A stretch of DNA of 60,812 nucleotides, counting the filler. It is 6 parts of 6 records of this genome, joined end to end, with 100 filler letters (N's around TTAATTAATTAA, not from the genome) between each part and the next. Parts side by side here need not be neighbours in the genome. Positions count along the whole stretch, not along the records: positions 7,002 to 17,218 come from SRR2962707_4962; positions 17,319 to 32,897 come from SRR2962707_4965; 4 more parts are not named here. One strand, given 5' to 3'. The translations under genes and the position numbers were made by a program. The notes under the pieces were generated by a model. It was given only the letters and a program-made list of their open reading frames with translations. It was not told the DNA's origin and made no database searches. This document shows positions 9,350 through 19,211 of this stretch, in pieces. Within the stretch, counting starts at the first letter, position 1. Every line of letters begins with the position of its first letter.

Positions 9350-10441
9350 ATGAACCGCAAAAGAGGCATGGCCGGACTACTGGGCGCGGTATCGCGACGG
9401 AAGTTCATGACGGGAGCGGCCGCTGTAGGCCTCAGCATCACTGCGATGCCGAAGTTCGCTTCCGCCGCCGAGGAGAAGAAGCTCAATTTCTATAACTGGG
9501 ATACCTATATCGGCGAAACGACGCTGGACGACTTCAAGGAAGCGACCGGCATCGAGGTGAAGATGGACCTCTTCGCCGACAACTCGGAACTTTTCGCGAA
9601 GCTCCGCGGCGGCAATCCCGGCTACGACGTGATCGTGCCGTCGAACGACTGGATTCCGCGCATGGTCGCCGGCGACATGCTGCAGGAACTCGATCACTCG
9701 AAGATCCCCAACATCGCGAACATCTTTCCGCGCTTCATGGACGAGCCGTTCGATCCCGGCCGCAAATATTCGCTTCCCTATATGTGGGGTTCGATCGGCA
9801 TCGGCTACCGCAAGTCGGCCTTCGATACGCCGCCGGACAGCTGGAAGGTGCTCTACGACAGCGACGAACATGCCGGCAAGATCGCGCTGCTTTCCGACTG
9901 CGGCACAATGATCGGCTGTGCACTGAAATATCTCGGCTATTCCGTGAACTCGACCGACAAGGCCGAAAACGAAGCGGCGGCCGAGCTGATCATCAAGCAG
10001 AAGAAGAACATCAAGTCCTTCGCCGAAGATAACGGCCAGGACCTGCTGGCGTCGGGTGAAGTCGACGTTACGATGGAATACAGCGGCGACATCGCACAGC
10101 TCATGACCGAAGACGACGACATCGACTACATCGTGCCGAAAGAAGGCGGCATCCTTTGGGAAGACACGCTCGCGATCCCCAAAGGCGCACCGCATCCGGA
10201 AAATGCGCATGCTTTCATCAACTACATCCATGCGCCCGAACCCAACCAGCTCATCACGGACTACATCCAGTTCGCGACGCCGAACAAGGCTGGTTTCGAT
10301 CTGATGTCGGAAGAGTATCAGACCAGCGCGGTCACCTTCCCGCCGGAAGAGGTCGTGAAAGCCTCCGAAACGGCCGCCTATCTCGGCGAGGACGTGGTTC
10401 AGATGCGCGAGGAGCTCTGCACCAAGATCAACGCCGCATAG
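9350..10441 (+). CDS. Polyamine ABC transporter substrate-binding protein (PotD/PotF family) with Tat signal
   Basis: SRRKFM twin-arginine motif; LNFYNWDTYI, YDVIVPS, PYMWGSIGIGY, PKEG. Confidence 0.93.
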   Translation: MNRKRGMAGLLGAVSRRKFMTGAAAVGLSITAMPKFASAAEEKKLNFYNWDTYIGETTLDDFKEATGIEVKMDLFADNSELFAKLRGGNPGYDVIVPSNDWIPRMVAGDMLQELDHSKIPNIANIFPRFMDEPFDPGRKYSLPYMWGSIGIGYRKSAFDTPPDSWKVLYDSDEHAGKIALLSDCGTMIGCALKYLGYSVNSTDKAENEAAAELIIKQKKNIKSFAEDNGQDLLASGEVDVTMEYSGDIAQLMTEDDDIDYIVPKEGGILWEDTLAIPKGAPHPENAHAFINYIHAPEPNQLITDYIQFATPNKAGFDLMSEEYQTSAVTFPPEEVVKASETAAYLGEDVVQMREELCTKINAA

Positions 10442-10449
10442 CGAAAACC

Positions 10450-10478
10450 GGGCGGGCATGAAAATGCCCGCCCTTTTT
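10450..10478 (+). terminator. Intrinsic terminator-like hairpin after the binding-protein gene
   Basis: GGGCGGGCAT-GAAA-ATGCCCGCCC followed by TTTTT. Confidence 0.8.
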
Positions 10479-10611
10479 CTTTCCCCGCCGCTGTGTTTTT
10501 CTTGCGGGCGGTGAAAGAAAAAGGGCGATCCGGGGGAAATGGGGGACAGGACCTCCGGACCGGCCTCAACTGTCGCGTATCCCAGTCTGTTGCCCTGCGG
10601 GGGGCTTGCTC

Positions 10612-11529
10612 ATGGAAAACTGGAAGAGATCGGCGCGGGCTTTTTTCTCGGCCTTCACACCGCCGACGTTCTGGCTCGTCACATTCTTCGTCATTCCGCT
10701 GTCGCTGATCTGGCTCTACAGCTTCAGCACCAAGACCGGCGTGACCGACATCACGCTGGACTGGAACCTGCGCCAGTACGCCCGCGCGCTGGAGCCGCTC
10801 TATCTCGGCATCTTCTGGAAATCGATCCTGATGGCGGCGGCGACGACGGCGATCTGCCTTGTGGTCGCCTTCCCGGTCGCCATCGCCATCGTGTTTGCAA
10901 AGCCCACCATGCGGATGTGGCTGCTGCTGCTCGTCATCCTGCCGTTCTGGACGAACCTCCTGATCCGCACCTATGCGTTGATCGCGGTGCTGCGCACCAA
11001 TGGCTTCATCAATAACGGCCTCGAATGGATCGTGGTGAACGCCGACTGGGCGCTCTCGCTGGTCGGGCTCGGCGACAACACGATCATCGGTCCCTTCGAG
11101 CCCCTGCAGCTTCTCTACAACAACACGGCGGTCGTGTTCGGCCTCGTCTATGTGAGCCTGCCCTTCATGGTACTGCCGCTTTATGCGGCGCTCGACCGGC
11201 TCGACCGCTCCTATCTGGAAGCGAGCCTCGACCTCGGCGCGGGACATACCCGGACTTTCTTTTCCATCGTCGTGCCGCTGGCGCTGCCCGGCATCGCATC
11301 CGGCATCGTCATCACCTTCATCCCGGCGATGGGCTCCTATCTCACGCCTGACCTTCTCGGCGGCACCGACAGCCAGATGATCGCCAACGTGATCGCGAGC
11401 CAGTTCAAGCAGGCGAACAACTGGCCCTTCGGCGCGGCGCTGAGCTTCCTTCTGATGTATGCGACCTTCTTCGCGCTGGCGGTTCGCGCCGTGCTGATGA
11501 GGAAGGAAGGCCGGGGAGACGTAAGATGA
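10612..11529 (+). CDS. Polyamine ABC permease, PotB/PotH family
   Basis: LPFWTNLLIRTYA, LPFMVLPLY, EASLDLGA (EAA loop). Confidence 0.93.
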   Translation: MENWKRSARAFFSAFTPPTFWLVTFFVIPLSLIWLYSFSTKTGVTDITLDWNLRQYARALEPLYLGIFWKSILMAAATTAICLVVAFPVAIAIVFAKPTMRMWLLLLVILPFWTNLLIRTYALIAVLRTNGFINNGLEWIVVNADWALSLVGLGDNTIIGPFEPLQLLYNNTAVVFGLVYVSLPFMVLPLYAALDRLDRSYLEASLDLGAGHTRTFFSIVVPLALPGIASGIVITFIPAMGSYLTPDLLGGTDSQMIANVIASQFKQANNWPFGAALSFLLMYATFFALAVRAVLMRKEGRGDVR

Positions 11530-11539
11530 GAGACGCAAG

Positions 11540-12394
11540 ATGAGCATCTTCAGCCGCAACCCCGACCCCATGGGCCCGCTCGACTATTCGCGCCGCCTGT
11601 CGCTCCGCATCACCGTCGCTGTGACGCTGTTCTTCCTCTATGCGCCGATCATCGGCCTCATCGTTTTCAGCTTTAACGACAGCCGCCGCAACGTCGTCTG
11701 GCGCGGCTTCACGACCGACTATTATGTCAAGCTCTTCAACAACGATGCGCTGATGCTCGCCTTCGGCAACTCGCTGACCATCGCCGTCTTCACGACGATG
11801 TTCTCGACCGTGCTCGGCGCGCTGACAGCTTACGTGCTGTGGCGCTACCGCTTTCCGGGCAAGGCCGTCTATGAGGGCGGCATGGCGCTGCCCATCGTGA
11901 TCCCCGAAATCTGCATGGGTGTCGCGATGATGGTGTTCTTCGCGCGGGTCGGCTGGCCGAGCGGCATGATGTGGCCGTTCAATCTGTCTGCCATCACCAT
12001 CGCGCATATCGCCTTCTCGTTCCCCTTCGCCGCCATCGTGATCCGGGCGCGGCTCGAAAGTTTCAACCCGGAGCTCGCCGAGTGCGCGCGCGACCTCGGC
12101 GCGAGCGAGTTCCGCGTCTTCCGCGACGTGGTGGTGCCGCACATGAAGCCCGGCCTGATCGCGGGCGCGCTGCTCGCCTTCACGCTCTCGCTCGACGACT
12201 TCGTCATTACGTTCTTCACGTCGGGCCCAGACACCGTGACCTTCCCGGTAAAGATCTATTCCATGGTTCGCTTCTCGGTGACGCCGGAAGTGAACGCTGC
12301 CTCCACCGTGCTGATCCTGCTGACGCTCGTCGTCACGGCTTTCGCGCTCAGGATGCAGAACAGAAACAACATGCTCGGTTCCTCCGCGCACTGA
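11540..12394 (+). CDS. Polyamine ABC permease, PotC/PotI family
   Basis: FLYAPI, ECARDLGA, FTLSLDDFVI, PEVNA. Confidence 0.93.
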   Translation: MSIFSRNPDPMGPLDYSRRLSLRITVAVTLFFLYAPIIGLIVFSFNDSRRNVVWRGFTTDYYVKLFNNDALMLAFGNSLTIAVFTTMFSTVLGALTAYVLWRYRFPGKAVYEGGMALPIVIPEICMGVAMMVFFARVGWPSGMMWPFNLSAITIAHIAFSFPFAAIVIRARLESFNPELAECARDLGASEFRVFRDVVVPHMKPGLIAGALLAFTLSLDDFVITFFTSGPDTVTFPVKIYSMVRFSVTPEVNAASTVLILLTLVVTAFALRMQNRNNMLGSSAH

Positions 12395-12420
12395 ACCGCC
12401 AACGAGCTTCGGACAAGCCC

Positions 12421-13524
12421 ATGACCGACATGCATAAGACCGACGAACCCATTATCAAGATCGAGAACGTCAGCAAGATTTTCGGCGGCACCGTAAAGGC
12501 GGTCGACAATGTGAACCTGGAGGTCCAACGCGGCGAGTTCTTCGCGCTGCTGGGCCCGTCGGGTTGCGGCAAGACCACGCTGCTCCGCATGCTGGCGGGC
12601 TTCGAGGTGCCGACACACGGTCAGGTCATCATCGACGGGCAGGACATGTCGAAGGTCGCGCCGAACAAGCGCCCCATCAACATGGTGTTTCAGTCCTATG
12701 CCGTCTTTCCGCACATGTCGGTCGAGCAGAACGTCGCCTATGGCCTCAAGATGGACCGGCGTCCGGGCAAGGAAATCAAGGAGCGCGTGGCCGAAGCGCT
12801 CGACCTCGTGAAACTCGGTCATCTAGGCAAACGCATGCCCGATGAAATGTCGGGCGGCCAACGCCAGCGCGTCGCGCTCGCCCGCGCGCTTGTGAAGCGC
12901 CCGTCCGTGTTGCTGCTCGACGAACCCTTGTCCGCGCTCGACGCGAAGCTGCGCGAGGCGATGCAGCTCGAACTGGTGCGCCTGCAAAAGACGGTCGGCA
13001 TCACCTTCGTGATCGTGACGCATGACCAGTCGGAAGCCCTGTCGATGGCGAACCGCATCGCGGTGATGAACGCAGGCACGGTGCAGCAGGTCGCGCCGCC
13101 GACGACGCTCTACGAAGCGCCCGCGAACCGCTTCGTCGCCGACTTCATCGGCAAGATCAACATGATCGAGGGCGACGCCGTGGCGGCGGGCGCAGGCGAT
13201 GTCAAGGTGACGGCGCCGGCCATCGGCGAGGTGACGCTGGCAGGCACGGAAACCGGCAAGGTCGCACTCGCGGTCAGGCCGGAAAAGATTTTCGTCGCCG
13301 ACAACGAACCGACGGACCCCGCCCTGATCAAGGTCAAGGGCAAGGTCGGCGAAGTGGCTTACTTCGGCAGCTACTCGAACGTCTTCTTCGACATCGGGCT
13401 GCCCCAGCCGCTGCAGGCGGACATTTCCAACGTGACCACGGATGTGGAGGAAATCACCTTCACGGCCGGCGAGGAATACTGGGTCTACTGGCGCAAATCC
13501 GACACGCTGGTGCTGGGCGGCTGA
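12421..13524 (+). CDS. Polyamine ABC ATPase, PotA/PotG family
   Basis: GPSGCGKT, MSGGQRQR, LLDEP, VTHDQ; start at MTDMH. Confidence 0.94.
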   Translation: MTDMHKTDEPIIKIENVSKIFGGTVKAVDNVNLEVQRGEFFALLGPSGCGKTTLLRMLAGFEVPTHGQVIIDGQDMSKVAPNKRPINMVFQSYAVFPHMSVEQNVAYGLKMDRRPGKEIKERVAEALDLVKLGHLGKRMPDEMSGGQRQRVALARALVKRPSVLLLDEPLSALDAKLREAMQLELVRLQKTVGITFVIVTHDQSEALSMANRIAVMNAGTVQQVAPPTTLYEAPANRFVADFIGKINMIEGDAVAAGAGDVKVTAPAIGEVTLAGTETGKVALAVRPEKIFVADNEPTDPALIKVKGKVGEVAYFGSYSNVFFDIGLPQPLQADISNVTTDVEEITFTAGEEYWVYWRKSDTLVLGG

Positions 13525-13527
13525 GGC

Positions 13528-14256
13528 CTAGACCTCGTCTTCTTCGGTCGGGAGCTCGCCGCTCGCGCTGACTTTCTCGACGTCGCGCACGATGCGGTCG
13601 ATCAGCATGAGCGGCACCATTTCGCTCAAGGTGCGGATGCCGTCGACGGCGAGTTTCGCGGCGGCGGGCTGGTCGAGCTTGTCGCCGAGGCGCGAGTAGA
13701 AGCCGACGACGGCGCGGCGCGCGAGCAACTCGATCATCTGCGGATAGATTTCATAGCTCTCGACCGTGTAGCCGATATCGGGCGTGAAACCGTCGGCCCG
13801 GGTCTTCGCGATGATTTCCATGATCCGGACATTGCGCTGGTTGAGCCACTCGCCGCCGTCACGCTCGTCGATATGGATAAGGCCGATTCCGGCGAAGCGG
13901 CGGATGTCCGCGATCCCGAGGCCCGTGTCCTTCGCAACTTCGGCAATCTTCTTCGGCGACAGCGCGCGTCCATCGGCAAGGAGCGGGCCCATCGCGACCT
14001 CAAGACCGATCAACGCCTCGAAGCCCCCCGCAGGCTCACCCGTTTCGGAGGTGACAATGGTCTTGATGACAGAAAGCGGCAGATGCCGTTCGTGCTGCAA
14101 CCTGCGAATGAGATCGATCCGCTTCACATGTTCGCGGCCGTATGTCGCGACATTGCGCTTCGGGCGCACCGGCTCCGGCAGCAGCCCCTCCCGGATGTAG
14201 TAGCGGATGGTCTCGCGCCCGATCCCGGTCGCAGCCTCCAGTTCCTTCATCTTCAT
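13528..14256 (-). CDS. MerR family transcriptional regulator
   Basis: MKMKELEAATGIGRETIRYYIREGLL HTH. Confidence 0.9.
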   Translation of the reverse strand: MKMKELEAATGIGRETIRYYIREGLLPEPVRPKRNVATYGREHVKRIDLIRRLQHERHLPLSVIKTIVTSETGEPAGGFEALIGLEVAMGPLLADGRALSPKKIAEVAKDTGLGIADIRRFAGIGLIHIDERDGGEWLNQRNVRIMEIIAKTRADGFTPDIGYTVESYEIYPQMIELLARRAVVGFYSRLGDKLDQPAAAKLAVDGIRTLSEMVPLMLIDRIVRDVEKVSASGELPTEEDEV

Positions 14257-14331
14257 GCGCTTGGTTTCTTTTTTGTGGCCTCGTTCCCGTCCCTGCCATA
14301 GCGGCTGAACCGGAGTCTAGCAGAGTCGCAT

Positions 14332-14362
14332 AAAAAAGGGGCGGGGTGCGAACACCCCGCCC
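14332..14362 (-). terminator. Intrinsic terminator after thiolase
   Basis: GGGCGGGGTG-CGAA-CACCCCGCCC stem with A6 on its left (U tract on minus strand). Confidence 0.8.
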
Positions 14363-14388
14363 GGCACCGCCTGAAAGCGGATTTTACC

Positions 14389-15561
14389 TTAGAGCCGTTC
14401 AACGATGGTGACGTTGGCGAGACCGCCGCCTTCGCACATCGTCTGGAGGCCATAGCGCTTGTTCTTCGACTTCAGCGCATTGACGAGGGTCGTCATGAGC
14501 TTGGTGCCGGAAGCGCCGAGCGGATGGCCGAGCGCGATGGCGCCGCCATGGACGTTGAGACGGTCGGGATCCGCGCCGAGCTGCTGCAGCCAGGCGAGCG
14601 GCACGGAGGCGAAGGCCTCGTTCACTTCATAGAGGTCGATATCGTCGATCTTCATGCCGGCCTTCTTCAGCGCCTTTTCGGTGCCGGGAAGGGGGGCCTC
14701 CAGCATGATGACTGGATCGCCGCCCACCACCGTCATGTGATGGATGCGGGCAAGCGGCTCGACGCCCAGCGCCTTGAGGCCCTTCTCATTGACAATCATC
14801 ACGCCGGACGCACCGTCGCAAATCTGCGATGAGGAGGCGGCCGTGATGGCGCCGCCTTCGACCAGGAGCTTCACGCCTTTGATCGACTCGAGATTGGCAT
14901 CGAAACGAATGCCCTCGTCGACCTTGTGGGTTTCCGTCGAGCCGTCCTCAAGGGTGACTTCGAGCGGGACGATTTCATTGTCGAACAGGCCGCCCTGTGT
15001 CGCCTTGATCGCCTTCTCGTGGCTGTTATAGGCGAACTCGTCGAGCTGCTCCTTCTTGAGACCGTACTTCTTCGCCATCATCTCGGCGCCCGCGAACTGG
15101 CTGAACTGGATGTTCGGATAACGCTCTTCGATGTTCGGGCTCTTGTAGATGCCGAACCCGTTCTTGAAGGGGAGCGAAATCGGCATGCCCATCGGCACAC
15201 GGGTCATGCTCTCGATGCCCGCCGCGACGACGACATCCATCGCGCCCGACATAACGGCCTGCGCGCCGAAATGAAGCGCCTGCTGCGAGGAACCGCACTG
15301 ACGGTCGACCGAAGTGGCCGGCACGCTTTCCGGCAGACCGGAGGCGAGCACCGCGTTGCGCGCGATGTTCATGCCCTGCTCGCCCGCCTGGTCGACACAG
15401 CCGACGATGACGTCTTCGATCAGGGCCGGGTCTGCGCCCGTGCGCTTCACGAGATCGTCGATCACCTTGCCGCCGAGATCGGCGGGGTGCCAGTCCTTCA
15501 GTCTGCCGCCCTTGCGGCCACCCGCTGTGCGGGCGGTGGCGACGATATAGGCTTCCGCCAT
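14389..15561 (-). CDS. Acetyl-CoA C-acyltransferase (thiolase)
   Basis: RQCGSS, NEAF, GHPLGASG, CEGGG. Confidence 0.95.
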   Translation of the reverse strand: MAEAYIVATARTAGGRKGGRLKDWHPADLGGKVIDDLVKRTGADPALIEDVIVGCVDQAGEQGMNIARNAVLASGLPESVPATSVDRQCGSSQQALHFGAQAVMSGAMDVVVAAGIESMTRVPMGMPISLPFKNGFGIYKSPNIEERYPNIQFSQFAGAEMMAKKYGLKKEQLDEFAYNSHEKAIKATQGGLFDNEIVPLEVTLEDGSTETHKVDEGIRFDANLESIKGVKLLVEGGAITAASSSQICDGASGVMIVNEKGLKALGVEPLARIHHMTVVGGDPVIMLEAPLPGTEKALKKAGMKIDDIDLYEVNEAFASVPLAWLQQLGADPDRLNVHGGAIALGHPLGASGTKLMTTLVNALKSKNKRYGLQTMCEGGGLANVTIVERL

Positions 15562-15905
15562 GATCAAATCTCCCTGGTTTGCCGTGCGGGCCCGGTGAAA
15601 GAAACCGGCCGCCCGCTTGCGATGCGATGCTGATGTTTATGTATATACACGGTGGGATTCAAACAACCATCCCGCCGCGCTATTGGCGCACATCTTCTAC
15701 ATGACGCACGGCTTGTCCAGCCGGAAACACCCTCTTGCCAGCCGCCGAAACTCCGCTCAATGTTACAAGAAAGCCTTGCGCCACAACAATTTAGCGGTTT
15801 ACGCAACGTCACGGCGACATTGCCCGAAGGCGGGGCTGATCGAAATCTGACCGGGCCGCGCACAAAACGATCAAAGTCCGGGGGACCGGCGGAGGAGGAC
15901 GGAAA

Positions 15906-17162
15906 ATGGCCGACAAAAGTATCGACAATGCGATCGTCGATCCCAAGACCTATGCGAGTGTCGACGGCTTCCACGAACTGTTCAAAAAGCTGCGCGCCGA
16001 AGAGCCCGTGCGCTGGACGGAGCCGGAGGGCTTTCGTCCTTTCTGGACCGTCGCCAAGCATGCCGACATCATGGAAGTGGAACGCCAGAACGACAAATTC
16101 CTGAACGATCCGCGCCTGACGCTCCAGACCATCGAAACAGAGGAACAGGTCAGGCAGTTCACCGGCGGCAACGACAAACTGATCCGCTCGCTGGTCGACA
16201 TGGACAACCCCGACCACCGCAACTATCGGGGCCTCACGCAAGCCTGGTTCATGCCGCCGAATCTGAAGGCGATTTCGGCCCGCGTGGACGCGCTCGCCGA
16301 GAAATATATCGACCGGCTGGAATCCAAGGGCGGCGAATGCGACTTCGTGTCGGACGTCGCGGTCTGGTATCCGCTGCGCGTCATCATGACGGTGCTGGGC
16401 GTGCCGGAAGAAGACGAGCCGATCATGCTGAAGCTGACGCAGGAACTGTTCGGCGCGACCGATCCCGACATGAAGCGCGACGAAGCGACCGTGACCGTGA
16501 ACACGGTGACGGAGTTCTTCAACTACTTCACGGCGATCACCGAAGACCGGCGCAAGAACCCGAAGGACGATGTGGCCAGCGTGATCGCCAATGCGACCAT
16601 CAACGGCGAGCCGATCGGCCATGTCGAAGCAATGGGCTACTACATCATCGTCGCGACGGCGGGCCACGACACGACAAGCTCGACGGCGGCCGGCGGATTG
16701 CTCGCGCTGATGCAGAACCCCGACCAGTTCGCGAAGCTGAAGGCCGACCCGGACAAGCTGCTGCCCGGCGCCATCGATGAAATGATCCGCTGGACAACGC
16801 CGGTGAAGCACTTCTTCCGCACCGCCGCCGAGGACTACGAACTGCGCGGCCAGAAGATCAAGAAGGGCGACAATCTGCTGATGTGCTACTGGTCGGCGAA
16901 CCGCGACGAAGATGTCTTCGACGATCCCTATGCGTTCAACATCGAACGCTCGCCGAACAAGCATCTCGCCTTCGGCTATGGCGCACATCTCTGCCTCGGC
17001 CAGCACCTTGCGAAAATGGAAATCCGCTCGCTCTACAAGGAACTGCTGGCACGGCTCGACCACATCGAACTGGCGGGCGACCCGGCCTGGGTCGAGGCGA
17101 GCTTCGTGAGCGGATTGAAGCGGCTGCCCGTGCGCTACTCGATGAAGCGCAAGGCGGCTTGA
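15906..17162 (+). CDS. Cytochrome P450, CYP108-like
   Basis: I-helix ATAGHDTT, EMIR, HLAFGYGAHLCLG; subfamily is an inference. Confidence 0.93.
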   Translation: MADKSIDNAIVDPKTYASVDGFHELFKKLRAEEPVRWTEPEGFRPFWTVAKHADIMEVERQNDKFLNDPRLTLQTIETEEQVRQFTGGNDKLIRSLVDMDNPDHRNYRGLTQAWFMPPNLKAISARVDALAEKYIDRLESKGGECDFVSDVAVWYPLRVIMTVLGVPEEDEPIMLKLTQELFGATDPDMKRDEATVTVNTVTEFFNYFTAITEDRRKNPKDDVASVIANATINGEPIGHVEAMGYYIIVATAGHDTTSSTAAGGLLALMQNPDQFAKLKADPDKLLPGAIDEMIRWTTPVKHFFRTAAEDYELRGQKIKKGDNLLMCYWSANRDEDVFDDPYAFNIERSPNKHLAFGYGAHLCLGQHLAKMEIRSLYKELLARLDHIELAGDPAWVEASFVSGLKRLPVRYSMKRKAA

Positions 17163-17190
17163 GGGAGCGGGTTCTCAAATCCCCCCTGTT

Positions 17191-17218
17191 CGTCATGACC
17201 CGCTTTATGCGGGTCATC
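17191..17218. repeat. CGTC-tagged palindromic repeat, truncated by contig end
   Basis: CGTC tag then ATGACCCGC-TTTAT-GCGGGTCAT. Confidence 0.75.
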
Positions 17219-17318
17219 NNNNNNNNNNNNNNNNNNNNNNNNNNNNNNNNNNNNNNNNNNNNTTAATTAATTAANNNNNNNNNNNNNNNNNNNNNNNNNN
17301 NNNNNNNNNNNNNNNNNN
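17219..17318. other. Artificial contig spacer
   Basis: N run with TTAATTAATTAA linker. Confidence 0.99.
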
Positions 17319-18197
17319 AACGAGCCGCGCGGCGGCGTCTTCCGTCACGTCAATCTGCTCGTGCCGCCCAAGGACCCAAGGGCGGCGATGGGCTGGATCA
17401 TCATGGAGCCCATCCACACCCCGCCCATGTCGGGCTCGAACTCTATATGTGTCTCGACCGTGCTTCTCGATACCGGCATCATCGAGATGAAAGAACCCGA
17501 AACCCGCTTCACGCTTGAAGCGCCGGGCGGATTGGTCGATGTGGTCGCCACCTGCAAGGACGGCAAGGCTGTTTCGATCCGCGTTACCAACCACCCCAGC
17601 TTCGCCCAGCGGCTAGACGCAACGATTGAAGTCGAGGGCTTGGGGACGCTGACCGTCGATACCGCTTATGGCGGCGACAGCTTCGTGCTTGTCGATGCGA
17701 AGTCGGTCGGCTTCTCTCTCAGCCCCGACGAGGCGAAAGACCTCGCAGCGGCCGGTATGAAGATAACGCGCGCAGCGACCGAACAATTGGGCTTTTCCCA
17801 CCCCACCAATCCCGACTGGTCCCACATCTCGTTTTGCCAGTTCACCGCCCCAATCGAAGTCAGGGACGGCATCAAAACGGGCCGCAACACAGTCGCCATT
17901 GAACCGGGCAAGCTTGATCGCTCGCCGACCGGCACCGGCTGTTCGGCACGCATGGCCGTGCTTCATGCCAGGGGCCAACTTGCCGTGGGGGAAGATTTCG
18001 CCGGTATCTCGATTATCGGTAGCCAGTTCAACTGCCGGATAGAGAGCACAACCGACCTTTCTGGCACTCCCGCCATTATCCCCTCGATTTCGGGGCGCGG
18101 CTGGGTCACTGAAACCAAGCAATTGATGCTCGATCCGTCCGATCCCTGGCCCGGTGGTTATCGTGTCGGCGACACCTGGCCGGCCCGGAGCACGTAA
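17319..18197 (+). CDS. Proline racemase family protein, probable trans-3-hydroxy-L-proline dehydratase (5' truncated)
   Basis: EPRGG; MSGSN and DRSPTGTG (Ser/Thr instead of Cys/Cys catalytic pair). Confidence 0.88.
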   Translation, partial: NEPRGGVFRHVNLLVPPKDPRAAMGWIIMEPIHTPPMSGSNSICVSTVLLDTGIIEMKEPETRFTLEAPGGLVDVVATCKDGKAVSIRVTNHPSFAQRLDATIEVEGLGTLTVDTAYGGDSFVLVDAKSVGFSLSPDEAKDLAAAGMKITRAATEQLGFSHPTNPDWSHISFCQFTAPIEVRDGIKTGRNTVAIEPGKLDRSPTGTGCSARMAVLHARGQLAVGEDFAGISIIGSQFNCRIESTTDLSGTPAIIPSISGRGWVTETKQLMLDPSDPWPGGYRVGDTWPARST

Positions 18198-19207
18198 TGG
18201 CCCAGTCCCATATTACTTTCGCAGACCTGGTGGCGCTCCTTGAGGCGATTTTTGTTCGTTTCGGGACAAGCAGGCAAACCGCCGCCATCCTCGCCGACAA
18301 TTGCGCACGGTGCGAACGCGACGGCGCGAAAAGCCACGGCATCTTCAGAATGAAAGGTTATACCGACAGCCTCGCCACAGGCTGGGTGGACGGTACGGCC
18401 GAACCTGTTCTCGAAGACGCAGCGGCAGGCTTCCTGCGCGCCGACGCGCAAAATGGCTTTGCTCAACCCGCGCTGGCGCTGGCCCGCGATCTGCTCATCG
18501 AAAAGACCCGCACCAACGGCATCGCCCTGCTGGCCATCCGCAATTCCCACCATCTGAGCGCCCTCTGGCCCGACCTCGAGCCTTTCGCAGAGCAGGGTCT
18601 TATCGCGCTTTCCACGGTCAATTCCTTTGCCTGCACTGTACCGCATGGCGGGCAGAGCGCGGTCTTTGGCACTAACCCCATCGCCTTTGCTGCGCCGACC
18701 CGTTCCGGTGAACCCATCGTTTTCGACATGGCGACATCGTCGATGGCAAATGGCGATGTCCAGATCGCTGCCAGCCAGGGTCGCCAACTGCCTCCCGGTT
18801 CAGGCGTGGATCGCAACGGCAATCCGACCACCGACCCAAACGAAATTCTCAACGGCGGCGCTCTCCTCCCGTTCGGAGACCACAAAGGCTCGTCCATCTC
18901 GATGATGATCGAGCTCTTGTCAGCCGCTCTTACCGGGGGAAACTACTCGTTCGAGTTTGACTGGTCCGGCCACCCCGGCGCCGCGACGCCGCACACCGGC
19001 CAGTTGATCATCCTGATTAACGCCGCACTCGCCGGAGCAGCGCCTTTCGGCGTCCGCACCGAGGCCCTGATCAGCGAGATGATGTCCGCGGGCGTTACGC
19101 GCTTTCCGGGCCAGCATCGGTTTGCAAGGCGCAAAGCATCAGATGCCCAAGGCATTCCACTTACGACCGATGAGCTGAACTGGCTCGAAGCGCTGGCGGC
19201 GGATTGA
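18197..19207 (+). CDS. Ldh_2 family oxidoreductase, DpkA-like pyrroline-2-carboxylate reductase
   Basis: SHGIFRM, NSHHLSALW, GTNPIAF, DMATS, HKGS; coupled to racemase-family gene. Confidence 0.88.
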   Translation: MAQSHITFADLVALLEAIFVRFGTSRQTAAILADNCARCERDGAKSHGIFRMKGYTDSLATGWVDGTAEPVLEDAAAGFLRADAQNGFAQPALALARDLLIEKTRTNGIALLAIRNSHHLSALWPDLEPFAEQGLIALSTVNSFACTVPHGGQSAVFGTNPIAFAAPTRSGEPIVFDMATSSMANGDVQIAASQGRQLPPGSGVDRNGNPTTDPNEILNGGALLPFGDHKGSSISMMIELLSAALTGGNYSFEFDWSGHPGAATPHTGQLIILINAALAGAAPFGVRTEALISEMMSAGVTRFPGQHRFARRKASDAQGIPLTTDELNWLEALAAD

Positions 19208-19211
19208 GACA

